From: a virus
Virus record (IMG/VR): IMGVR_UViG_3300030103_005357
Span: 1-64,000 of that record
Length of the DNA: 64,000 bases
Strand: one strand, 5' to 3'
The notes under the pieces were generated by a model. The model was not told the DNA's origin and did not search any database. It worked only from the letters and a program-made list of their open reading frames with translations. The position numbers and the translations under genes are program-made. Positions 1 to 9,943 of the stretch are shown here, piece after piece; within the stretch, counting starts at the first letter, position 1; every line of letters starts with the position of its first letter.

Positions 1-2757
1 CAATTATTAAATATTACAGACAAAAAAAATGAGCTAGAGGTTGCTCAGACATTAGGCACTCTTACACAAAAAGAACTGAGAGATGAACAGCTTAAGGTCC
101 AGCTTCAAGATATGCGCGTGAAAACCGCTAATGAAAGACTCTCTACAGTTAGTAAAGAGATAGATAAGATTGAAGGGATTAAGGGTAACCTTAAAGCTGT
201 AGAAGCTATAGAAGGAGCAATTTCAAAAGCCTCTGCGGCGACAGTAAACAATACTGATGATTTTAAAAAACTTATAGCAGATACACTTGTTGGTTTAGGA
301 AAAGAGAGAACAGAAGCGGAAAACATTGCTGACAGGTTATTAGCTGGATCAGAGAGTGCTGATGAACTCAAAGAATCTGCTCTCGAAACTGCTGACCGAC
401 TTGGTACAGCTAAAAACAATGCTTTAGATCTTGTGGGAGCTTTACAACAAGCTGCTGACGCTGCTAGCAGGGTTAAGATTTTGGATGAAGGCGGTGTTCA
501 GCTTGCAGCTGCGAAGAAACAGAATGAATTTAGGGTAAAAGAAATTGATTTACAAAATCGACTCAATGAAGCTCAAAACGAAAACAATCAACCTCTTATT
601 GATTCTCTTAACAAACAATTAAAACAGTTAGATATAGATAGGTTTAGCGACCCTGCAATAAAAGCTTTAAGAAATCAAGGCCGTGAAAATGCTGCACTAT
701 CAGCAGGAAATCAAATCTTAAGCGTATCTGGCGTAGAAAATAAAGCCGTAAAACAAGCTCTTGGACTGGTGGCTGAAGGGAAAGTTGACTTGGACTTAGG
801 AAACAGGGCAACGACAGCTAAAAGAATAGAAACCGCTCTTGGAGAATCATTGAAGGCAAGTGGTATGTCCAAAGAGGATATTGAAAAAAACTTGCTAAAA
901 GCTAATACGGCTGAGTTAATAAAGCACTTTGATTTGGTAAAACAGATTGACCAAGCTAGAAAAACTTCCCTAGAAACCTCTAAGAAGGAGCAACTTATGC
1001 AAGAGAAGTCTCTACAACAATCTAGAGATCAACTCGACATTGACACAAGAAGCGTTGAAATTAGATTGAAACGTTTGAATAATGGTATTCAAGAAAGTCG
1101 TGAGGCAGCAATGGCGCAAAAGGCGTTTGAAGCGCAACAGTTTAAGAAGATGGGACTAGGCGAAAAATCCGCTTTATCCCAAGAAGATTTTAAAACTATC
1201 CAAAATAATGAAGACTTAACTCCAGCAAGCGCTCTTGAAAAAGCTAGACTAGAAAGCAGCTTTGAAGATAGAATGAAGAAGAAGCTGGTGAAGGATGATG
1301 CAGTTATTAATTCTGATTTCTTAGATAAAATGGTTGATTCTTCTGTCCAGTTTAGAGATAACTTTGTATCAGCGTTTGCAGAAGGTATAAAAAGTGTAGA
1401 TGATCTTGAAGATGCATTGCTAAATGCGGCTGATCAGTTTTTGAAAGCCATGACCAAAAACTTTATCGATAAGTTTATGAATCAAGCTGCGAGTGAAGGT
1501 CTTGGGGGTGGAGGTTCTAAAGGTGGAGGTTCTGGGGGTGGAGGGTTTATGGGGTTTGTTAAAGGTATTGGTTCACTCTTCGGCTTCGCTGATGGAGGCA
1601 AAGTTCGCGGTGGCTCTGGTAGCCGTGATGATGTTCCAGCTATGCTAATGGGTGGAGAATTCGTCATGAATAAAAAAGCTGTTCAGCGTTATGGATCAGG
1701 ATTCATGGAAGCTATAAACTCTGGATCTGTTCGTGGTTTTGCTCGCGGAGGTCAAGTTAGAGATGAAGAGGGTATGTTTACGACCCCGGGTATGAATGGC
1801 GCTGGAGCTATTGTTGGAATGAGAGACCTTATGTCTTTTGCCACTCAAACCCCAGTAGCTATGAATAGAGATACTTTGACTAATAATGGAGCTTTTCTTG
1901 ATGCTGAAAGTGGTAGGATGACCATGTTTGGCCGAAGGAATAATCCTCAATTCCAAAAGGTTCAAGATGCAAAAAAGCAAGCTTTTTCTTTAGCGTTACA
2001 AGAAGCAGAGGCTCACAGACAAGCCAAGGAGCAAGAAGTTAAACTGGGTGACATGCTAGCAGCAGCCGTTATTAGTTCTGTTGTTAGTTTCGGGGCTACA
2101 AAACTAGGCATGAAAGCAGGACTGAGCGAAGGAATGTCGGGGCTTATAGGGTCTGGGTTAGGTAACTTTGCTGGAACTAAGATTACTGGCGCTCCTGCTT
2201 CTGGTGGGGCGTTCGGGGCTGCGGGGGCAACTGGAGATTTAATGAATATATTTTCAGGTGATGAAGATAAAGGTGGAAATTCTGAAAGTTATTTTGATGT
2301 AGGTGGTGCGGGTTCAGGAACAGGTCTGCCTTCTGATGGCCCTATGGGGTCGATGCTGCCCGGACATAATACAATGCCTCGTCGGGCGACAGGAGGCTTA
2401 ATCCCTGCTGCTGGAGGAGTTGATACGGTTCCCGCAATGCTTTCAGGTGGAGAGTTCGTAATGAACGCTGCCGCCACAAGGAACATTGGAGCAGGTAATT
2501 TACAAGCACTGAACTCTGGGGCTGGAACTGGTGATAATACAGACTTAGTTGCTAAACTTGATGAGTTAATTACTGCAACTGAGACATCTCAATCTACAGG
2601 TGATATCAACATAACAATCAATGGCCCTAATGGAGCCGAAAATCAAACAGCTGAAGACGCTACAGAAACACAAAAACAGCTGTCTGAAAAAATTAAGGTT
2701 GCCGTTAAGCAGGTGATTGCAGATGAACAAAGATTAGGAGGACAACTTAGAAGGTAA
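1..2757 (+). CDS. Tail tape measure protein, C-terminal part (5' truncated by the window)
   Basis: Frame is open from base 1. Long Ala/Glu/Lys/Gln-rich helical region; C-terminal FADGGKV..DDVPAMLMGGEFVMN and RATGGLI..DTVPAMLSGGEFVMN motifs typical of tape measure ends; tail genes follow. Confidence 0.85.
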   Translation, partial: QLLNITDKKNELEVAQTLGTLTQKELRDEQLKVQLQDMRVKTANERLSTVSKEIDKIEGIKGNLKAVEAIEGAISKASAATVNNTDDFKKLIADTLVGLGKERTEAENIADRLLAGSESADELKESALETADRLGTAKNNALDLVGALQQAADAASRVKILDEGGVQLAAAKKQNEFRVKEIDLQNRLNEAQNENNQPLIDSLNKQLKQLDIDRFSDPAIKALRNQGRENAALSAGNQILSVSGVENKAVKQALGLVAEGKVDLDLGNRATTAKRIETALGESLKASGMSKEDIEKNLLKANTAELIKHFDLVKQIDQARKTSLETSKKEQLMQEKSLQQSRDQLDIDTRSVEIRLKRLNNGIQESREAAMAQKAFEAQQFKKMGLGEKSALSQEDFKTIQNNEDLTPASALEKARLESSFEDRMKKKLVKDDAVINSDFLDKMVDSSVQFRDNFVSAFAEGIKSVDDLEDALLNAADQFLKAMTKNFIDKFMNQAASEGLGGGGSKGGGSGGGGFMGFVKGIGSLFGFADGGKVRGGSGSRDDVPAMLMGGEFVMNKKAVQRYGSGFMEAINSGSVRGFARGGQVRDEEGMFTTPGMNGAGAIVGMRDLMSFATQTPVAMNRDTLTNNGAFLDAESGRMTMFGRRNNPQFQKVQDAKKQAFSLALQEAEAHRQAKEQEVKLGDMLAAAVISSVVSFGATKLGMKAGLSEGMSGLIGSGLGNFAGTKITGAPASGGAFGAAGATGDLMNIFSGDEDKGGNSESYFDVGGAGSGTGLPSDGPMGSMLPGHNTMPRRATGGLIPAAGGVDTVPAMLSGGEFVMNAAATRNIGAGNLQALNSGAGTGDNTDLVAKLDELITATETSQSTGDINITINGPNGAENQTAEDATETQKQLSEKIKVAVKQVIADEQRLGGQLRR

Positions 2758-3572
2758 TGTTTGGATCAAGATTAAATGACGAAGTAGCTGTCGCCATAGA
2801 TGGATACGAAATTTCTGGCGTAAGCTCTATAGACTTTTCATATTCTAATAGTGCAAATATCGTTAAGCCTCTCGGCTCTAAGAAAGGGTTAACTACTGTT
2901 GGTGGGGCTACACAACAAAAAGTTTCTATTTCTTCGCATATGATATATAATGATCCACTTTTGGATTATACTGGAAATGATATATCATTAATAAATCAGC
3001 AGGGCGTTATGAGTGGCAATATTAGATATTCAGATATTGCATACAGATTTTCTGAAGGATACTTAGATTCTTATTCTGTCAATTGTGCTGTAGGCACAGT
3101 GCCAAAAGTTAACGCTTCTATTTTGGTTTATGATGAGTTTCTATCAGGTAGCGAAGTACTAAGTGATGCTGGAATACCCAGCGATATTTCTATAACATCT
3201 CAAGGATCTATAAATGTAACTTGTGATAATTCTACAACAAATAGGGTTATTGGTTTTGATTACTCTATTAAATCTAATAGGAAACCTCACTTCTCAATAG
3301 GTAGTGAAACTCCTGCTTCTGTCGAGCTTATCCTTCCTTTGGAATTTACAGCTCAGGTTCAAATTGAAGTTGATGAAGCTTTTCCAGAAAGCTCTTTTAG
3401 CTTTTTAGAAAACAGAGAAAACAAAACTGTTGTTTTTGATATCAACAGGAAAGATGGTTCGAATCTTCAAGAGTTGACGATTCCTAACGCTACGCTAGTA
3501 AGTGAATCTATATCGGCTTCTGATAATGGTTCTGCTATTTTAAATTTAAATTATATTGGTCATGGCTTCTGA
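2757..3572 (+). CDS. Tail structural protein, two tail-tube-like repeats
   Basis: Coupled to the tape measure gene; beta-rich; two similar halves (SGVSSIDFSYSN..KPLGS / RVIGFDYSIKSNR..FSIGS). Confidence 0.5.
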   Translation: MFGSRLNDEVAVAIDGYEISGVSSIDFSYSNSANIVKPLGSKKGLTTVGGATQQKVSISSHMIYNDPLLDYTGNDISLINQQGVMSGNIRYSDIAYRFSEGYLDSYSVNCAVGTVPKVNASILVYDEFLSGSEVLSDAGIPSDISITSQGSINVTCDNSTTNRVIGFDYSIKSNRKPHFSIGSETPASVELILPLEFTAQVQIEVDEAFPESSFSFLENRENKTVVFDINRKDGSNLQELTIPNATLVSESISASDNGSAILNLNYIGHGF

Positions 3573-4515
3573 TTTATTTTACAACAGAGACTCAAATATT
3601 TCTGGAGTTACAATTCGGTCTGATTATTCAGGTCTTAGTCTAACTCCTGTCTATGGTTCTAAAGCTTCTTTCAAATCTAAGAATTTTATGTATGAGGTTG
3701 ATGATTTTCAAATCAACTCCATACCTCACTCAATGAATAGTTTAGAGGTTCAGTATGATGTGCGGTATGACTTAAATGAAGCCAACACTCAAAAACTAGC
3801 TGCATTTATCGAGAGTAAAAATGGAAACCAATTGTTTGAGTTTAATATAGATAATAGTGGAATTTATAAATCCATGTCTGGAGTGTCTGACAACTATGCG
3901 ATTAATCATGTCAACAACCAGCATTATGAAGTCGCTGTTTCTTATTCTGTAGATCAAGCTCCAAATTTATTTAATTGGTCTGGGATGAATTTTGTTAATT
4001 TAGATTTCCAAAACTACGCTTTCTCTACCTCTTATAAAAAGTTTGATGTTGTTTTTACTGGCATAAGTTCCAATAATCTCAATAACTATTATTACTGTAC
4101 GGAAACTCACTCGTCCACTGTTGATAATTGCCCAACGGGAGCTAACTCGGCATGGTCTCAGAATTTCTTTTTTAAGCCTGATATTGGTTTACAGAATGAC
4201 GTTCAATTGAAAAATGAAGTCTTAGATTTTAAAAACTCTTTTAAGCAGAGAGTTAAAACAAGGGATAATAACGCTTCATTTCAACTTAAGTATGACTTCA
4301 CAGATATCAGCGACAAACAACTTAAGTGTATGCTACACTTCTTAGAGAACAAGGCTGGATACAGAAGGTTTAGACATGATATAGAATCGGTCTATAATAG
4401 ACCAAAAGTTATGTATTGCCCAGAGTGGAATCATACATGGAAGTATTTCAACGCGCACGATTTATCCGTGACGTTAGTAGAAGATGTTTTAGGTGTAATC
4501 CCAACAGGAAGTTAA
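3556..4515 (+). CDS. Distal tail protein-like (lambda gpM-like), tandem domain
   Basis: Two gpM-like halves (KLAAFIESKNGNQLFEF / KCMLHFLENKAGYRRFRH); position after the tape measure gene. Confidence 0.55.
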   Translation: MVMASDLFYNRDSNISGVTIRSDYSGLSLTPVYGSKASFKSKNFMYEVDDFQINSIPHSMNSLEVQYDVRYDLNEANTQKLAAFIESKNGNQLFEFNIDNSGIYKSMSGVSDNYAINHVNNQHYEVAVSYSVDQAPNLFNWSGMNFVNLDFQNYAFSTSYKKFDVVFTGISSNNLNNYYYCTETHSSTVDNCPTGANSAWSQNFFFKPDIGLQNDVQLKNEVLDFKNSFKQRVKTRDNNASFQLKYDFTDISDKQLKCMLHFLENKAGYRRFRHDIESVYNRPKVMYCPEWNHTWKYFNAHDLSVTLVEDVLGVIPTGS

Positions 4516-4516
4516 A

Positions 4517-5938
4517 ATGGCTAGAAATATTTTAAAGAGTAACAATTCAATTGTGATTGCTGGGCAAAGACCAGCGTTTACTACTGGTAATAGAACTGGG
4601 AGCGATATGAGTGGCGCTTATATGAGTGCTGTTCAAAGCGTAGGTGTCGGTTTTTCTCAGCAAAGGCAAAAGTCAAAGCAGGTTGGGTCTAAGGGTTTAG
4701 CTATTAACGATATAACTAGGATGCCAGATGTTGATTTGTCTATAAGTTATTACTATACCCCAGCGATGTTAAACGAAAACATGTTAGGCTTGATAAACGA
4801 CCAAACGGGGAGTAGTAAGTCTGATTTTTTTAGTGGGTACGACAATCAGGATCAGAATTTTTATATAGTTAATCATCAAGATCAAGGTTCGGATATGATC
4901 GTGAATGGAGGTTCAGAAGTAGGCAGTTTGACCACTGATGCTGAAATTATTTCTGTTGGTAACGCTTTTTTAACAAACTATTCTTTAGGTTTTTCTGTAG
5001 GTTCTCTACCTGTAGTTTCTACCTCTTACAAATGTTCGAATATAGCAATTAATCAAGGAGTTTTTCCTTCATTTCTATCTATAAGTGGGGATGTGCTTGA
5101 TGCAACTGCGAGTGCAATCTCTCTTGAGCCATTAGCTTTAGGAGGAATAACTGATGGTTCACCAGATTATAGCGTAACTACTTCAGAAGGGGTTGAGATT
5201 CAAGTTAATTACGTTACCGCTGGCCAAATATGGGAGCTAGAAGTGGATTTTGGAGGGTCTCCACCTACCGCAATCTACCAGTCAAGTGTGACTAACCAAC
5301 TCAACCCAAACGGAATCACTCTTAGTTCTACAGGTACAATTGATCTTGGAGGTGATATAGGTGAAGTTATAAGAACTAACGTTACCTTAACGAGTCCAGA
5401 CTTAAATGTAGAAAACCCCGCCATTAATCTCTCTTCTGGAAACAACAATAACGTTGGGTCTACAAACTTAGAAGATGCATTTATAAATGGGTTTGGAGAT
5501 TATACAGGTGTAAACAGGTTTGATCCACCTCTATGCTCCCCTACAAAAGTAAACTCAACTCTTCAAAATCTACAGATAGGTGGAGCGCCTATTAGTGGAG
5601 ACGCTCATTTGCAGTCGTTTTCATTCAGTATTCCAATCAATAGAGTTGATCTATTCGGCCTTGGTAGTGATTACCCTTACGGAAGAAAGGTTCAGTACCC
5701 GCTTACCTCTTCTGTGAATGTAGAATTTTTAGTTTCAGGTTTAGCGACTGGAGAGATATCTAATTTAATTATAGCTGAGTCTGGTTATGATTTTGACGTA
5801 GGTATTGTAGACACTGGTAATGATTTCACTCACACGTTTTCATTTTCTGATCTGAAGCTTGAAAGCTCTTCTTATCAGATGAACGTTAATAATCAAATGA
5901 CATACTCCTTGTCATTCAGTCACGAAATAACTAATTAA
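4517..5938 (+). CDS. Tail tube-like structural protein with central insertion
   Basis: Two repeats (VQSVGVGFSQQRQ..QVGS / LQSFSFSIPINR..GLGS) resembling the 2757 gene; tail operon context. Confidence 0.5.
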   Translation: MARNILKSNNSIVIAGQRPAFTTGNRTGSDMSGAYMSAVQSVGVGFSQQRQKSKQVGSKGLAINDITRMPDVDLSISYYYTPAMLNENMLGLINDQTGSSKSDFFSGYDNQDQNFYIVNHQDQGSDMIVNGGSEVGSLTTDAEIISVGNAFLTNYSLGFSVGSLPVVSTSYKCSNIAINQGVFPSFLSISGDVLDATASAISLEPLALGGITDGSPDYSVTTSEGVEIQVNYVTAGQIWELEVDFGGSPPTAIYQSSVTNQLNPNGITLSSTGTIDLGGDIGEVIRTNVTLTSPDLNVENPAINLSSGNNNNVGSTNLEDAFINGFGDYTGVNRFDPPLCSPTKVNSTLQNLQIGGAPISGDAHLQSFSFSIPINRVDLFGLGSDYPYGRKVQYPLTSSVNVEFLVSGLATGEISNLIIAESGYDFDVGIVDTGNDFTHTFSFSDLKLESSSYQMNVNNQMTYSLSFSHEITN

Positions 5939-6321
5939 TCATACTCAATCTTAACATTCTTACTCTCGTAAGTCTGTTTCTTCTCTGCCATGTGTCGTTG
6001 ACCATTTCTCTTGGCAGCGTAATCATCGAAGTATTTTTGTTTAACTGGATCTTTTCCTCCAGATTTTTCTGCTCGTCTTTGACTCATCTCCGCTGAGTAA
6101 TCAAGCATGTCACCTACAGTACCCTTCTTTCCTCCTGTACTGTCCGTAAACTGCCTTTGGCTAAATGGGTCAATATTGGAGTCGATAGAAGCGTTAGGGG
6201 CAAAATAGACCCGTTTCCACTCAGTCCCAAAATCATCTACATAAATATGCTCTTCATTCATAGATTGAAAAACGTCTTTATGCTCATTTGTGTCAGGATG
6301 CTTGTAGGTATATAAGGGCAT
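5935..6321 (-). CDS. FmdB-like protein with degenerate zinc ribbon
   Basis: N-terminus MPLYTYKHPDTNEH..VFQSMNE resembles the FmdB MPxYxY start but the CxxC motifs are missing. Confidence 0.5.
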   Translation of the reverse strand: MPLYTYKHPDTNEHKDVFQSMNEEHIYVDDFGTEWKRVYFAPNASIDSNIDPFSQRQFTDSTGGKKGTVGDMLDYSAEMSQRRAEKSGGKDPVKQKYFDDYAAKRNGQRHMAEKKQTYESKNVKIEYD

Positions 6322-6335
6322 GTTTTATTATAAAT

Positions 6336-6365
6336 AAAAACGGGGGCGTTTCCACCCCCGTTTTT
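6336..6365. terminator. Intrinsic terminator, possibly bidirectional
   Basis: AAAAA-CGGGGG-8 nt loop-CCCCCG-TTTTT right after the hsp20 stop. Confidence 0.8.
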
Positions 6366-6679
6366 TAATTGATTTTAATTTTACTGGGTTTTAATCTTCC
6401 TTTTTTAGGTAGGTCTATAACCAGTAATCCATTATCCATTTTACAGGTAATAGCTTCTGTGTCTACCTTCTTGAAAAGTTGGACAGAAAGATTCTTCTTT
6501 CGATCTTTAGGCTTTGTCTCAATCGTAAGCTTATCTTCGGTAGCTTCAATATCGACATCTTTCTTTGAAAAGCCAGCAAGCTCAACTTTTAACTCGAAAG
6601 AGTCCCCTTTGTCTTCAATATAGTTTTGGCTTTTAAAACTCTGGTCATTAAATAAGTCGTATAATAATGTATTAATCAT
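6365..6679 (-). CDS. Small heat shock protein (Hsp20/alpha-crystallin)
   Basis: ELAGFSKKDVDIE...KMDNGLLVIDLPK signature. Confidence 0.9.
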   Translation of the reverse strand: MINTLLYDLFNDQSFKSQNYIEDKGDSFELKVELAGFSKKDVDIEATEDKLTIETKPKDRKKNLSVQLFKKVDTEAITCKMDNGLLVIDLPKKGRLKPSKIKIN

Positions 6680-6698
6680 ACAAACCCTTTAACAAGAT

Positions 6699-7772
6699 CT
6701 ATGCCATATCGAAATCCTTGGAAATACGGGACAAAATGACATCCACAGTGTTTTTGTAAGTCAACTTGTCTGCCAACTTTTGTCCCTCTGTGTTAACTTG
6801 TCCCACTTTCTTCTCAGCTTGTTCCATCGCCTTGATCACATCATCCTCTTTCCAATCATAAAAAGTCCCTTGATTAAATGGAGACCCTTTCTTGAAAAAG
6901 ACGTTATCATAACAATCCACTTCTCCCGAAGGCTCAACCAAGATGCAATTATCTTTAGTAGCCCAATCTTTATGAGATGTGGCATTAAGAATAATGCTCC
7001 ATTTGCCGAGGCAAGTTGCATTAAAAGCAGGGAGATTCCAGCCTTCTGCTCCAGATAAACCTGTAAGATCAATATCGATTGCATTTAAAAACTCATTAAC
7101 TTCAGAATTCTTTTCTAAATGAGGCAAAAAGTTGATATTAGAATATCTCTGTCCACCTAAAACAGAATTAATAGTCTTGTCCATGTCCTCCTTTTTGTAG
7201 AAGGGGTTAGTGACCAAACAAGATAGTTGATACTTTGGATCATTCCCATACTTCTTTAACCAAGCTTGAATAATTCTAGAAGTATGCTTTCTATGTTCAA
7301 ACTTGCCCATTAAACCAAAATGGGTAATGCCACTCAGGTATTCTTTTTTTGTTTCTTTGAAGTCTTTGTCGAAACCCAATGGGCAGAATACGCCGCCAAA
7401 CAAGTCAGAAGCACAGGAAGAACTAAAGAATGTCTCGTTTTGAGATTCAGAAATTTTCTTTTCAATGTCTGTCGGCTGATTGCATTCATAAAAGCTTAAC
7501 AAATATTGTTTACAATTTTTTCTGTTCTCAGACCCATTTAAATGCCAAATTTTCAAACTTGGAATATCTTCGCTGAGATAATTGTACCTATTATTTAAAC
7601 CATCCTCGATTTTTTTAAGTAAATCGCTATCAGCGTCATACGCTTTTAGGTCAACATTACCTGCTGGCCAAATCCCAACGTCATGACCCCTATCGAAAAG
7701 CTCTCGGATAATATTAAAAGAAACATTACCGAGGCTTAACGAGTTTATAGGGGCTTCAACTAAGATCTTCAT
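6699..7772 (-). CDS. GT-B glycosyltransferase (GT4-like)
   Basis: MGKFEHRK and SGAEGWNLPAFNATCLGK (E-x7 GT4-type motif). Confidence 0.8.
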   Translation of the reverse strand: MKILVEAPINSLSLGNVSFNIIRELFDRGHDVGIWPAGNVDLKAYDADSDLLKKIEDGLNNRYNYLSEDIPSLKIWHLNGSENRKNCKQYLLSFYECNQPTDIEKKISESQNETFFSSSCASDLFGGVFCPLGFDKDFKETKKEYLSGITHFGLMGKFEHRKHTSRIIQAWLKKYGNDPKYQLSCLVTNPFYKKEDMDKTINSVLGGQRYSNINFLPHLEKNSEVNEFLNAIDIDLTGLSGAEGWNLPAFNATCLGKWSIILNATSHKDWATKDNCILVEPSGEVDCYDNVFFKKGSPFNQGTFYDWKEDDVIKAMEQAEKKVGQVNTEGQKLADKLTYKNTVDVILSRISKDFDMA

Positions 7773-8173
7773 TAAAAGGGAGGCTCATCGTCAGATCCAA
7801 ACCCAGCGTTAGCGGTAGGAGTGGCAGTATCAGACCCAGATTTAGAAGGTTGACTATCTTCTTTCTTACCAGAATTTAAGAATTGAATATTATTTCCTCT
7901 GATAAAATATTTTGATTGAGGTTTGCCAGTATCCTTGTTTTCCCAAGTGTCCATAGCAAGCTCACCAGAGAACACAAACTCACGACCTTTTGTAAGGTAT
8001 TTAGATGCGATTTCAGAGAGTTTATCCCAAACCTCAAGATCAATGAAGCATTTGGTTTTTGCGTTGCTTGGAGAGATTCCAACACGGAGGCGCGTTACCG
8101 ACTTCCCGCCATTAAGTTGACGAGTCTCTGGATCTTTTACAAGATACCCTACTGATGTAATGCTATTATACAT
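7772..8173 (-). CDS. ssb: Single-stranded DNA-binding protein
   Basis: VGYLVKDPETR OB-fold start; acidic DDEPPF tail. Confidence 0.92.
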   Translation of the reverse strand: MYNSITSVGYLVKDPETRQLNGGKSVTRLRVGISPSNAKTKCFIDLEVWDKLSEIASKYLTKGREFVFSGELAMDTWENKDTGKPQSKYFIRGNNIQFLNSGKKEDSQPSKSGSDTATPTANAGFGSDDEPPF

Positions 8174-8735
8174 AATTTTCTGATTGCTTTTTGAATTTCA
8201 ACAAACACCGATTGTGAATGTTGATTACGCCTTGAATGCTCATATCGAGTGATTTCGCTATCTTTCTCCAAGGTGTAAGCTTATTAGACACGCCATTATA
8301 TCGCATGTCAATAATTTTTTCCATTCTTTTGTCTTTTTCTTTCTGTAGAAATGATTTAAACAAAGAAAAGACCTCATTATTTTCATGCATCTCTAGGTCA
8401 CCTTTAGAATGAGGCTGCTTCAGAATATCCTCTAAAGAGCATTTTTGAAATTTCTTATTTCTGGTCAATGTGTTCAAACACTTCCATTTTGCCTCGTTAG
8501 CTAAGTATGTTGCAAATTTAGCGCCCCTTGACGAGTCATACTTCATTACCGAGTTGTATATTGTAAACTCTTTATCCTCCAGAAGAGAGTCTCTTTCGGC
8601 AGTATTTCTGCTTCCTGACATGAACTTATCCACCATATCGTGATAAATACCCGAATGTCTTTCGATTATTTCGATCAGACTGTTGCTGTCCTGATCTTCT
8701 TTAACCCTGTCTATTAATTCTTGATCTGTTTCCAT
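8166..8735 (-). CDS. Phage RNA polymerase sigma factor (sigma70 regions 2 and 4)
   Basis: KYDSSRGAKFATY region 2.3 motif; C-terminal HTH WRKIAKSLDMSIQGVINIHNR. Confidence 0.85.
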   Translation of the reverse strand: METDQELIDRVKEDQDSNSLIEIIERHSGIYHDMVDKFMSGSRNTAERDSLLEDKEFTIYNSVMKYDSSRGAKFATYLANEAKWKCLNTLTRNKKFQKCSLEDILKQPHSKGDLEMHENNEVFSLFKSFLQKEKDKRMEKIIDMRYNGVSNKLTPWRKIAKSLDMSIQGVINIHNRCLLKFKKQSENYV

Positions 8736-8874
8736 CTTTTAAAAATGCCTTATAATATATAATAATATAATATAATATAAAATAATATACGTTACCCTTT
8801 ACCTATTCGTCATACAAATCAGAAGCCTTTCTTCAAAGATTACGAATCCTCGCGGAAACAGATCGTATAACGAT

Positions 8875-8902
8875 ATTATATCGGTATTGAAAACAGTGTC
8901 AA
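8875..8902 (-). promoter_or_regulatory. Consensus sigma70 promoter for the sigma-ssb unit
   Basis: Minus strand TTGACA-N16-TATAAT; near-palindrome CGATATTATATCG (8871-8883) overlaps the -10. Confidence 0.75.
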
Positions 8903-8954
8903 CAAAAAAAAATGAAAAAATTTTAGCTAGACAAGAGACGAATATCAGTTAATA

Positions 8955-8960
8955 GTGTAA
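8955..8960 (+). promoter_or_regulatory. GTGTAA element upstream of nrdB
   Basis: 11 nt before ATG 8972; recurring motif. Confidence 0.6.
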
Positions 8961-8971
8961 CTAACGCTACT

Positions 8972-9943
8972 ATGATTTTCGAAGAGCAAATATCGAGGAA
9001 GCCTGACCATTATCCTTGGGCAGGAGAGTTTATTGAGGCAATGCATAATGGGTTCTGGACCGATAAAGAATTCAGTTTTACTTCTGATCTACAAGACTTT
9101 AATGTGGTATTAAGTGAACAAGAGAAGGAGATCATAGTTAGGACACTTTCAGCCATTGGGCAGATCGAAGTTGCTGTTAAAAAATTCTGGAGCAAGCTAG
9201 GAGATAACCTCCCCCACCCTTCTTTTAGTGATCTCGGGTTTGTCATGGCTAATGTCGAAGTTATTCACAATAACGCTTACGAGCGCCTTTTGGAAGTTCT
9301 TGGATTAGAAGAAGTTTTTGAAGAGAATCTTAAACTTGACTTTATTGAAGGCCGAGTGAACTACCTTCGGAAATATACGCATAAATTTTACAAGAATAGT
9401 AAGAAGCAATATGTTTACGCTTTAATCTTATTCACCCTTTTTGTAGAGAACGTGTCTCTGTTTTCTCAATTTTACATTATTAACCACTTTGCTCGCTTTA
9501 AGAATGTTCTTAAGGATACTGATCAACAGGTTAAGTATACTCGCAATGAGGAGAACGTTCACGCTTTAGTTGGAATGAAAATTATCAACACCATTCGAGA
9601 AGAGCATCCTGAGCTTTTTGACGGGGAGTTGGAAGAGCGTATTCTCGACGAAGCTCAACAAGCTTTTAAAGCTGAGAGTAAAATGATTGATTGGATGGTT
9701 AACGGCATTCAAGAGAAGGGTCTTAGCGCCCCCATCCTAAAAGAATTCATTAAAAATAGGATCAATGATTCTTTACAAAAAATTGGCTTTAAACAAGCTT
9801 TCGATGTTGACAAAAATCTACTGAAAGATACAATCTGGTTTGAAGAGGAGTTGCTTGGTAATAATGCCACCGACTTCTTTCATTCTCGACCAGTCGAGTA
9901 TTCAAAAAATTCACAGACGTTCAACGCAGAGGACTTGTTCTAA
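8972..9943 (+). CDS. nrdB: Ribonucleotide reductase class Ia beta subunit
   Basis: Di-iron ligands EVIHNNAY, VENVSLFSQF, RNEENVH; C-terminal DFFHSRPVEY. Confidence 0.95.
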   Translation: MIFEEQISRKPDHYPWAGEFIEAMHNGFWTDKEFSFTSDLQDFNVVLSEQEKEIIVRTLSAIGQIEVAVKKFWSKLGDNLPHPSFSDLGFVMANVEVIHNNAYERLLEVLGLEEVFEENLKLDFIEGRVNYLRKYTHKFYKNSKKQYVYALILFTLFVENVSLFSQFYIINHFARFKNVLKDTDQQVKYTRNEENVHALVGMKIINTIREEHPELFDGELEERILDEAQQAFKAESKMIDWMVNGIQEKGLSAPILKEFIKNRINDSLQKIGFKQAFDVDKNLLKDTIWFEEELLGNNATDFFHSRPVEYSKNSQTFNAEDLF

